The notes beneath the pieces are model-generated. The model was given only the letters and a program-made list of their open reading frames with translations, was not told the DNA's origin and did no database searches. From Ramazzottius varieornatus (lineage: Eukaryota > Animalia > Tardigrada), in the NCBI GenBank assembly GCA_001949185.1, contig BDGG01000002.1:688387-752386 (forward strand): 64,000 nt of DNA. The letters run 5' to 3'. The position numbers were made by a program, and so were the translations under genes. Below are positions 10,991 through 22,087 of the stretch, one piece after another. Numbering within the stretch: the stretch's first letter is position 1; every line of letters begins with the position of its first letter.

Positions 10991-12916
10991 GTGAAAGCGC
11001 GGAATTCTTGGTCGTCGATAAAGTCCAGCCATTGGTGGAAACAAACCAAAACGATGAGTCCTCTAAGTCTTTTCCCAAGAAAGCGAATTCCGACCGGAGT
11101 ACCGGCGGAATTTTATCGCGTGTTTCAGCTGGTGCCGCGAGCTTTAGTCAGAGTAGACTTTTTTCAATCGAAGCATAGAAGCTGAGCCCATACCGTGCGC
11201 TTGTACGTAGATTGCCGATGCACCCGCAATATTTCGGACTTGTGAATTTTTACACGATAAAATTTCTTCGCTAGCTGACTGCTTCCGTTGGTTCTGGCAA
11301 CGGACCGTCTTCCTCCACCTTTCCTCGCTCATCATGTTCCTCATCCCTGTTCTTTAATGGAAACACGGATTTTGACGTGCCAGATACTGCTCCCATTTGT
11401 TACGACAGTCAACGGCCCTGGGATGCCTGGGTTTACCCTTGACGGTGAGCAAAGCTCTGATAATTTTCGCATTTTCATCTGGTTTCAAAGCTCCAACCAG
11501 AGATACCCAGCAAGATTTGTTTATCGAAATTTATCGAAATTCAGCGATCTTGAACATTTGATTGTTTTTTTGAACTTTCGGAACTTACGCATCTGATTGT
11601 CTGATCAAGACTGGGAGTAGTAAAAAATCAGACGTCTCTGTCAACTGTTTTATACGTCCGAGCGAAGCAAAAAGGTATCATATTCTTCTTTGGTGTACTC
11701 TTCTTTGGTTCTTTATTCAGTGTATACAGAATATCCGCATTGAATGAACTACCATTGCGGCAACGAACGTGAGGACATGGCGAATCAGTCAATCAAAATC
11801 AAGGCGGTGTTCGGGGCGGGATCGCAATCAAGAGATTTGATGGACTTTATTGGAAAGCACTCTCTGAAATCTAGATCACCCCACCACTCACCCTATAGCC
11901 TCGACTCATCCCAAACTCTATTCTAGAACACAATGACAGAGAAGCTATAGATATCACTCAAGGGATCACAGGAAGACTCTCGGTATCACGAAGGAACATC
12001 TGTTACGCATAAAACAGCTGACTAAACCGGAAACGTTGATCAAGGCTTTTGATTGCCGTGACGTCACGTCATACAGTCAGCTTCGATTGCTTGATTTGCC
12101 ATGTCCTCACGTTGTTTGCCATGCACCATGCAGTTGAACGAGTTGGGATCGAGGGACGCCAGCGAAAAAGGATTTGATTATATGAAACAAGGCCAGAAGC
12201 CTTGGCAAATGAAGTTAACTGAACAGCCTGGAAGAGAAAATAACATGTCTCAGGTATTGTTTCAGGCATGACGCGGCTGAGTATCGGACGGTCATGTCAG
12301 ACCTCCACCTGACAAGACAGCCTAGCTTGTCGGTTGGCTAACGATTTGATCCAGTCTATCGTTGGGCCAAGTCGCTCAGTAGATCTGACCTGGACTTCTC
12401 GAGTCACTCGACTTTAGGGGGACCGAACTGAGTCGGCCATTTCGCTCATTCATTCGGGTGGATCCCTTCAACGGAAAATGAATGGAAATCAGTCAGGTAT
12501 TCAATTGAAGGAAAATGGGAGAAAAGTTTAGAAATCAAATAATCAATTCGAGAAAGATTAGTCGGAAAAGTTGGTCAATCAAGCATGTTGTTCGACTGAT
12601 TGATTGACTGGTTGCACAGGTGATGCGCGAAGACGTGAAAGTAGTAGGCTCATCGTACATGCGCATACGTACACGACCGCTCTCGTGTCGAAGTGTACTC
12701 CAGAGCTGCGGAGCTATTTAGCTCGCGAGCTAAATCTGCCCTTTTTCTACGAAAACGCAAAATAGGGTTGTGCGGCGCACGAACCTGGATGAGCTTTTTG
12801 TACCTCGTGAAAGAGGCGAAATGAGCTAAACGAGCTAAATAGCTCCACCGGACTGGTGTACTCCTGACCGACGAACATTTTTTCATGGGTTTTAGGCCAC
12901 ACTGTATAGGGTTGTC

Positions 12917-13334
12917 TAGGGTTGTTAAAAACCAATCCACCAACGGATGGATCCGGATCCATCTATCCGGTTGGAAACCGAGCAGGATCAGTTCAACCAC
13001 TCAAAAAAGAACAGTCAGTACAACCGTGTAGCCTTCAGTCCGGTTCGGATTTCGATTAATTTGTCGGCCCCTTCTGTGGAACAGGGCCTGTACTTGATTA
13101 TGCTCAACTTGAGACGCAACCTGGGGTCAGATTCGACCCGTTCCGGACTGCAGATTCACATTTTCACAGTGTGAAACCGTTAGCCGGTTGCAATCCGGAT
13201 CATTCGGTTGAGAAACACAACCATCCAGCTTCTATCCGGATAGGGGTTCCATCTAACCAGCCGCAATACGGACAGGAACCCCATCCATCCGCTCATCCAC
13301 CCGTTTAACCGTTTAACCATCCATTAACAACCCT
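12917..13334. mobile_element. hAT-like MITE (TAGGGTTGTTAA...TTAACAACCCT) with ATCCG-rich subterminal repeats
   Basis: 11-bp terminal inverted repeat; many atccgg/ccggat motifs; lies between the two halves of the UGT pseudogene. Confidence 0.6.
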
Positions 13335-13890
13335 TTCCGCGCCTCGGCCACTGAAAGAAATTATAGCTGCACTTGAAAGCACGGAGAAATCGGTTATCTT
13401 ATCGCTGAACCGCTTGTACGTTAAAGACCTTCCGGACGGCGTCAAGGTCGCCAATGGTGGTAGGATGAACGATGGAAGTCACGAGCGTTTATCGGTATCT
13501 GCACGGGTACCGCAGACAGTGATCCTAATACATCCGGCCGTGGCGGTGTTTTCTGCGGCACTGTGGATGGAACAGCACCATCGAAGCTGCACGTATGGTG
13601 TACCTGTGGTGGCTTGGCCGTACGTCTCCGATCAGAAGCGAGATGGCCTGCTGCTGCGCTGGTTAATCTGAGTATGGCATTGGTGTTTCCTGGTGTCAGC
13701 AGCCATGATAACTCGAGAGTGGTTTCACCTGAGGAGATAGTAGATGCGGTGAATGAAGTGGCTGGATGGATTGATAACAGGTCTTATTGGGAAGCGGCGG
13801 CGACGTGGAAAGATATGGTCACGAATGCACGACGGCCTGGCGGTAGGGATTTCGAAGAACTGCAGAAGTTCGTCAGTCTAGGTTGTCTTC
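13335..13890 (+). pseudogene. UDP-glycosyltransferase pseudogene, C-terminal fragment with decayed PSPG box
   Basis: VPQTVILIHPAVAVF..YGVPVVAWPYVSDQ and VSSHDNSRVV..VNEVAGW..SYWEAAATWK align with 15369-15989; frameshifts present. Confidence 0.8.
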
Positions 13891-14589
13891 GCGGTTCAAC
13901 AATTTCTGTGTGACAGGCGCAACTGGCGCGGTCTTACACGCAAGACCGCTGCTCCACGTCACGCTAGCTTGAATTAAGCACAGTTAGTCCAACAAACAAA
14001 CGAAGTAGCTGTAGTAAAACTATGCATACGGTAGAATGCATCGTTGATAGGAATTGGTTGTCCGTTACCTGTCATTGAACCAGGTCATATTCACACATTT
14101 CTCACTACTGCGCACAGATACGTTTCTTGTATTTCCATAAATAATTTCAAGCCGAAATTATCATAATTACGGAGTTTGATTAGTTTCATTAGCTTGTATC
14201 TGTTGCAAGCCGATAATACGTTTGGTGAAATTCAGCTCGACATAGCGAAATGGAATATGAGGGATTGACCATACCAATTCGTTTGAGTCCTTGCTCTCCT
14301 AAGACGTTAGCTGCGAAGTTATCAACTTTCAGGTGCCAAGCTGAAACTGGGAAAAACCTTCGGCAGCTTTTAGTGGTAGTAAATATCGCAAAGTCTGTAG
14401 ATGAATGTCATAAATCTGGGGTAAACCACCGGCACCGCTGAACAACCGAAGTGACTTTTCATTTTACATTCAACGTACGTAAACCTTTCATCCAGTCTAG
14501 AAGCTTTCTAGGAACCATTGTGAACCGATAACTATCCCCGTGCGCATTATACAACTTTGCCGGAACATTAATATCGACTTGATTCCAGG

Positions 14590-15989
14590 ATGGCATCCAG
14601 CAGGAAACACATTGTGATTGCACCCTTTTATGGTTTTGGCTGTCTGCTACCGGCCATGGAACTAGGTCGTAAATTGGCAAACTCCTCATGCCGCGTCACA
14701 ATCATCGTCTCCAGTGCCACCAACAAGAACGGTTTCGAGCAAAAAGTTCTGCCTTTGAATGGTGCAAACTTTCTGGACAATATCGTATTCCAGATGCCTT
14801 CCACTACGAGTAATAGTGCAACTCTACTAATGGACGCATCCAGAGCAAGCAGCCCGGCAATGGCTAAACAACTTCGTTTTATGGAAAATGTGACAACTAA
14901 CCGTCGGGAAATCGGAGACTGTTTACAGACATTAATAAAGGAAGAAGGTGTTGATGCGGTCATTTCCGAATGTCTTTGGGGAGGTGATATTGTCGAGCTG
15001 GCTACGAGACAGTCTGTTCCGGCGTACTACTTTTGTAGTACCAGTATGGCGGATTTGCTGATCATTGGGGCTATCACGCCTGAAACGGTACGCTCCGATC
15101 CGATGAACGGAAGCCTGTTTACTGAATTACCTCCGAGAGGGAAGAGTCTTGAAAGAGTGCCATTCATGTTCCAAGAAGTGTTCCTCTCCGCACAACGAGG
15201 TCTGCAGTTTGTGAAGGGAATCGTTATCAACTCGGTGCGGGAGGTTGACAGCGAATTGGTGCCGCTGTTGGAATTTTATCCTCTCTTCAAACACATCCCT
15301 CTGTGGTTTGTTGGACCGCTGTTGGCCGGAGATGACGGTATACGGGAAAGCAGAGAAGCGTTACCGAAGTGCAAGCTTGGTTGAACAAAAAGGCAGAACG
15401 AACTGTTGCATACGTTTCTTTTGGTTCGCACTGCGCACCAAGTCCGTCGCAGACAGAGGAGATTTTTCGAGCACTCAGACGCATCGACAAACCGGTCATC
15501 TGTTCTCTGAATCCGCTGTGCTTCAAAGACCTTCCAAGCGAAATCGCGGTTGCACAAGCTGGAAGTGTCAACGCCAACGCTAATAAACAGCTGTTGGTGC
15601 TTGGATGGGCACCGCAGACAACTATTCTGGCTCATCCAGCAGTGGCGGTGTTTGTGTCTCACTGTGGATGGAATAGTACGTTGGAAGCCATGACGTACGG
15701 GGTGCCGGTGGTGACCTGGCCTTTCACATCCGACCAGCAGCGAAATGCCCAGCTCCTGGCTGATCTGGGCATGGCGATACCGCTACCCGATGTAAGTAAC
15801 CATGATGATTCAAGAGTAGTGTATTCGCGGGAGCTGGTCAACGCAGTGAACACAGTGGCCGGATGGACCGGTGCAAAGTCGTACTGGGAGGCCGCAGGGA
15901 AGTGGAAAGCAATAGTAGAGAGCGCGAGACGTCCAGGTGGCAGTTCGTACCAGGAGTCACTTGACTTTTTAGCGTCCATCTTTCTGTAA
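14590..15989 (+). CDS. Intronless plant-type (GT1) UDP-glycosyltransferase with one frameshift near 15355-15370 (pseudogene or sequence error)
   Basis: ORFs 14590-15384 and 15369-15989 overlap. Motifs VAYVSFGS and PSPG box WAPQTTILAHPAVAVFVSHCGWNSTLEAMTYGVPVVTWPFTSDQ. No signal peptide or C-terminal TM. Confidence 0.9.
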
Positions 15990-16136
15990 CTAGAAGTATC
16001 CACCGTTCACGTACAATCCGAGTTCATTTCCACGTGTTATGCAGCGTCGTTTTTGTCTCACCCACGCCACTGCATGACATTACTATTGTGAGTTCCGTAT
16101 CCAAAGAGTGTGTGAGTGAGTGAGGTTTTGAACATA

Positions 16137-16254
16137 CACGTACGATGAGAAAATATGGGGCAGTAAAAATTATGAGCCAGGCGGAAAAGACGGCAAATTA
16201 GCGAAAAGGACTGATCAATAACTTTTACTGACCCATAATTTCTTATCGCGCGTG
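16137..16254. mobile_element. MITE family 2, short copy
   Basis: cacgtacgatgagaaaatatggggcagtaaaa ... ttttactgacccataatttcttatcgcgcgtg inverted ends. Confidence 0.65.
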
Positions 16255-18526
16255 TTTTGTCAATCGCGCAGTACCCCTGCGCTACTTCGGAGGTCAGCAC
16301 GAGTTGCAGATACGACTGGAGCTAAGCGAACCGTAGAAACGGCTCTTATCAATACCACGATATCAGAACATTGCAATTAATCTTATGATTTTATGCCTAG
16401 TCTAAGGACAGTTCCAGGTCGCCATCACACAGATTGAGCTGCCACCGCGGGATGAAAGGCCGACTGTAGTTATTAATAAAAATAAGCTGCAACGTCACTT
16501 ATAAGCGGAGCAGCTGATCAAAACTTTGAGTAGCTGGGCAGCCACCGTGCTAGCTAACAGTAACTCAGATTACGCTATTTTGCTCAAATAAGGGGGCTCA
16601 GGAGAGCAAAGTGTAGTTACACGTCACGAAAGGGGCGAAGCAAGCCGTTGCGACAGTCGGAATGTGAACCAAACTGGCAACTTAATCTCTATATTTTCTC
16701 TACATCATTTCACGAGCGGTGTTCCGATAAACAGCCCGTAGCTGACGAATATGGGGCGCGACTTGCGTCAAAACTTGTGACGCATTTTTTAGCGACAATT
16801 CTTGCAGTTTCATAGCACATTGCAAACATAACGGCTACAAACGCTGGGACTTCGTCTAGGGGCGTNNNNNNNNNNNNNNNNNNNNNNNNNNNNNNNNNNN
16901 NNNNNNNNNNNNNNNCAATGTGCTATGTTTCAAATATATTAAATATCCATAGCATTCGTGCCGGCATATCTGCTATGTCAGGCAGCCATGGCGCTGGAAA
17001 ATCTAAATCTGGCAAGCAGCTGGGGAATGGTAATGTTGAGGTTGACGCCACTTGTCAAAGCGATGTGCAAGCCGTGTACGTACGCTCCACCCATTGAGCC
17101 GTCCCGTCGGCGAAGCCAGAGTCTTCGAAATTAACCGACCCGAATTCGGGCCGTTGGTCACATGACGAGCACTACATTCGGGCACCAATTTTTTGCCACA
17201 TTAGCTACTGCGCAGCGCCATGGCTGATTTCAGGCATAAATGCTATGTTTCAACATTCTTGACAGTAGCTGCCGACTACGCCGGTACGCAGAGGGTGAGG
17301 TGAGGCTCTAGGCGGTCCGATACAGTGTGAGACGTTATCCTTTCTGGGGTCCTTCCTTCACTCGTTTGAGGGGGCAGGGTCCCATAGCAAGTAGATGACG
17401 AGGGAAGCGATTCCCTTATTAGTCCGTCGAGATTTCAGTGAACGATGGGATTGTTTGAGCTTTCAGATATCGCAAACTCCGTACAGAGAAAAGTCGCGCC
17501 GGTTGATCCGGGCGACCAAAAGTGTTCACTGGCAAACCATACTCAGCTCGGCAGGGCTGCAGGGCAGTCAAGACGAGCGAACTCGCTAAACTGCCACCGA
17601 TTCCGCCACACAATCACAGTGTCCACCCAGTTACCTGCAACTCGAACCTTCTAGTCATTCATTTTGACAGAACACAATTTCGGAAACGTTTAGGGACCAA
17701 CAGGAATATCTTGTACCGCAAAGCGGCTCCAGCCCAGTACCCCAAAGCATACCACTACCTCTGGTGAACTGGCGGCATAGCAGACGATGCAGCAACGGAG
17801 GCGCGATGCGCTGGAGTGCGAGCAGGCAGGGGGTTTAGGGCCACGGGCCGCAGCCCATTGGTGTCAACAGTACGATCCACTATCCAGGCAAAAATTACGA
17901 GCTGCTACTCATCCATTGTAACACGAGCCACCGACACAAGCCAGCTGCTTTCCAGTTCTAGCATTTCTTCTCGCGTACATTAACTAATACTAGCTAGTGG
18001 TTCTGACCACTGGGAAGACCGAGCACAGGAGGCAAAAGGTTATAGGCTACACATTTCTACTGCGTTACGTTGCAGTTGCGAGTGAAAAATTTCCGTTACC
18101 CGGATCAAGTTACGCATTTGTTTTCACTACACAGTTTGCGATATGTGAAAGCTCGAACAATCTGATCGTCCATTGATACATCGACAGACTTAAACGGGGC
18201 TCGCTTCGCTCGGCCTGATTCTAGTCGTACAAAACTTGTGGAAACTTTGAATCCATCGAGTGGAATTTTCACTTGGTTATTCAGAAACACTTCAGTTTAT
18301 TAGTTTCCTAGCTAATGGGATGGTGGTTGAGATCAAAAACCGTACAACCGAATTGATCCATCAAGAAAAATGCATAAAGTTGTGAGAAAACGTCCCATCC
18401 TTAAGTAAATTTGGCAGGTTAGAGCGTAGTGACTCGGTGCACGAGCTTATTCGAACGTTTGTGCGTGCACGAATTGCAACGCCAAAACCCACTTCGTGCC
18501 CAAACTATGGCACGAACTTTGAAAAG

Positions 18527-21362
18527 TTAGAAGCTCAAGTTTAGGGGTGTGACTTCCCGAATGACGTTATGCGCATTACGCTGCTTCTGTGTCAGCGTCA
18601 ACCGCCCACATGTTACTTTATTGAAGTAAAGTAAGGCCGACCAGAGGACAACACAGACTGAGGCCAAGACGGTCATGCAAATCAAAAACTCTTTCCAGGG
18701 TATAGCACTCTGGTCCCCATTCTCCGTCATGTTCAAGATAGCTCCCGCGGTGGCCGTCACGCTCCCACTTCCGGCGTACTCGAAGAACTTGCCGGTACCC
18801 AAGGCTAGTCCGACGTTCTGTGGCAGTACCAGGAGAGGAATACTGGACCAGATTAGTGGAGCAAAGGCCGTGTAGCCAGAGCCTATCAGGAATGTTATGG
18901 ATGCTCCTGGGATGGCGGGGTATAAGGTCAGTTGGAGCAGGAACGCCACGAAGACCAGGATAGTGGAGAGCACTATGCCGAAGTCTCGGTGTCCGTACCG
19001 ATCAGCTAGCCATCCGATCAGAGGAGACAACAGGCACACGTCGTAAATTATACCGACGATGTAGCTAGCGCTGCCTTCTGAGAATCCGTACACCGACTGT
19101 AGAAAAAGAGCAAGATTACCGATGTATCCTTCCTACTTCCATGCGATTTATCTACTGAGGATACAGTCCTACCTGGGAAATTTGACAGTTCAAACACCAC
19201 ATTTCCAGTTTTGAACGGTTCATTCCTTCACGGAATGGCTCACCATGTAGACTGTTTCAGACCGATCAGCTGATCGGCTGCACTCTTGATTTCTAGATCA
19301 AGTTGAACATTAAAAAGGGACGTCGATCAGCTCAGTGTAATTCCTAGCCAGACTGGTAGGGTCTGGGTGTGACATCAAAGCCTCGCCTCATCAGAGCCTT
19401 ACGTCATCGCGGCACACTGGAGCGGTCAATGGACTTTCATCTCCCAGTCCTATAGTTCATTCCAGGATCGTCGGGGGATTTAGTTACCTAGCTCAGATTG
19501 TAGAAGAGACTCTTTTCTATCGTTCGGTCGGGTCGGTTTGACTATCGGGAAGTCGGGACAGGCATGTGAGAATGGGTGCGAACTATACTGTGACTATAAG
19601 TTCCGACAAATGGGACGCTGAAGATGCTAACAGAAAACGTACCACTTGGCATAGTAAGGCTGCAATGTCACACCCCACCTTCGGGCGCCTGTGCGATTCC
19701 CAGACTCTACGAGTCCGGCCAGGAACTCCACCGGATCAGCTGATCGTACTTTTGCCATATTGACCAGCAGTCCCGTAAGGAATCAATGTTCAGTCGCAGA
19801 AGGAGCAACTGTCAAATCTCGCAGGTGGGACTGTATCGAGTTATAGTGTACGCGGAAATTAAACTCCGGTAGAATGTACAGCACAGTTAACCAGATTTTG
19901 ACCGTCCATGTTGGCGAATCTAGGAATCAACTTTGTGATCGGACGGAGTTCAAACGCACACACCTGTCCACTCTACTCCTTTCCGGACGTTACTTTCCGC
20001 GTACACTGTACTTTGTGCAGTTTGACTTCGCCTTCGGCTGAGCATCTTTATAAGGGAACATACAAGTAGTTTATTAGCAAAGATCAAAGGCACCACCGCC
20101 CCCCCCCCTACCCATCAAAGGGAATGAATGGAGCCGGCGCCGGGTGGTTACGTAATACTGGTATGCTCCCTAAGATGTTTTCAGAGGATTGTGTCTTTTA
20201 GAGTAACTTATACGGATACAGTAGTTCACCGCGAAGAGGATTCGAGAAAGGAGCTAATACCTATGTAGATCTTTATCTTACCGCGAAGAAATTGGGAGCG
20301 TTGGCGACGAAAGTCTGTACCGTGCCATCGTACAGGAATAAGGTAATCACCAGGAGCCAGTACAGTGTATCGAACTGACCTAGTGCTGTCCAAATGGTCC
20401 ACCAGGGTCTTTTGGCAGACTCTGTCTCGAACAGCCCAACCGTCCGAACTCTGTCCAAATGAGCCAGCAGGAGTAATGCCGCCACCCCGATCAGGTTGAG
20501 TCCGAAGGTAAACCACAGCACTCCGCGCATGTTTATAACTTCGACTAACCCTCCCAGAACCAGGAACATGGAGGCGGTACCCAGCCGGTCAAAAAGGATC
20601 TCAATGGAGAAAGCCAAGGCTAGTTCCTTGTACAGAAACCAGCCGGTCTTTACACGGTGCAGCAACACTTCGTATCCGCCGGTTCCAAACCCGAATATCA
20701 TCCTTCCTAGGATCATCAGGGCGTATGCGGTCCTTGTCGTCATCGCATACGCACCCAGTGTGAAGATCAGGCTAAAGAATCATCCATGTGAAGCACTGCT
20801 TTCGCTGCTCTCCAGTCCGACGTCGACAAACGATTTCTTCCCTTTTCCCAAGTGGCGCAGGCTCTTAGCCGATAACAATGAAAACGTGTGCGACTTGGGA
20901 AAACAGTCAAACTCAAACTTCAGATCGTAATCACAAGTGGCGCACACTTCCAGCAAGTCAAAATGATATCGTGCGCCACATTGAGATAGCGATTTGGGTG
21001 AAAGCTCTTGTCGACGTCTCACCTTATATTCAAATGGCCAACTGAACTTACGGGCCCAAGAAGAGGAACGCAGCAAAGCCCCACAGCACATACTTGCTTC
21101 CAAACTGATCAACAAGGATACCGGCCAGAATGGCTGCCACAGCTCGTGACCATGGGTAGACACCAACAATGATGTTGAACTGCATGAGATCGAATTGGAG
21201 GCAGGATTCCGTTCCGTTGGTGCAGGCCGAAGCGGTACCGGTTAGCCGTTGCACCAAAGTGCTGAGCTGGAGCTCGAAGAAGTTGGGCAAGGAGACTGCT
21301 ATACAGCAAAACACCAGAACCCACCAACGGGTATCCATCTTCCCTAGTCCAGTCGATAGCAC
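18527..21362 (-). CDS. MFSD1: MFSD1-like major facilitator transporter; exons ~21362-21052, 20771-20282, 19096-18527; start uncertain
   Basis: Motifs MILGRMIFGFG, WFLYKELALAF, SPLIGWLADRYG; many TM segments; frame-consistent GT-AG junctions. Confidence 0.85.
19164..19833. mobile_element. Tc1/mariner-type MITE in MFSD1 intron
   Basis: ta|cagtcctacctgggaaatttgacagtt ... aactgtcaaatctcgcaggtgggactg|ta; ~27-bp TIR and TA duplication. Confidence 0.8.
19844..20008. mobile_element. Second Tc1/mariner-type MITE, adjacent to the first
   Basis: ta|tagtgtacgcggaaa ... tttccgcgtacactg|ta. Confidence 0.7.
20822..21013. repeat. Palindromic repeat family 1 copy (MFSD1 intron)
   Basis: Two caagtggcgca...tgcgccac hairpin modules. 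Confidence 0.8.
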
Positions 21363-22087
21363 CGTCAGTTCATCTTCATGGGTCAGAATTTGAGCCTGTC
21401 CATTCCTAGATTGATCTTACGATATCTACCGTATTCTTTAAAATTATCTTCCATTTAGAAAGGCAACAGCTGGTTGCACTTACCTAGCCTGCAGCGAGGT
21501 TGCCTACAGTAGACCACAGTGTCATTAATTACTCCAGGGCAAAGACTTTGAATGAAGACGGAAAATGCCGTCATATAATATACGGTAATTTGGCTCCTGC
21601 ACAGTTTCAAAGTACCGTTATTCCAAAATTGGACAACGGACGGCAACCAAAAGTGCGAAACCCAAAACTGAACAAAAAACTAACCATGAATCAACAAGGC
21701 GTATATAACCAGAAAGAAACAGTGTATGTAACGCTGGCCAGCGCTCACCAAGATGAGAAAGACCAAAGAGAAAATCAAACGTTTAATCACAGTAACAAGT
21801 GCACGTGTAAGCTGACAAAAATGACAAACGGTTTGGATTCATCGGTGTCGTTTATGTTGGGAATCGAAGAATTGGTACACTGTGGCATTATGATGAAGTG
21901 CTTCATCGATCGACTCGCTGTTTGGAACTGACCGTCCTTTCCGAGACTTGATACGCCACCTGCGGTAATTTATTGGCGGTATCTTCGAGCAAGATGTGAC
22001 GGGATTCGACCTGCATGAAGTACACCTATTATTCTATGGAACGTACGCAAAATGAGCTCCCGTGTAACAGGGCAAATAGCCAGATTC

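Noticed and set aside
15335-15355. Tiny intron explaining the UGT frameshift
   Set aside because: The only nearby GT..AG is 16 nt, far below the ~55-nt shortest introns seen in this window.
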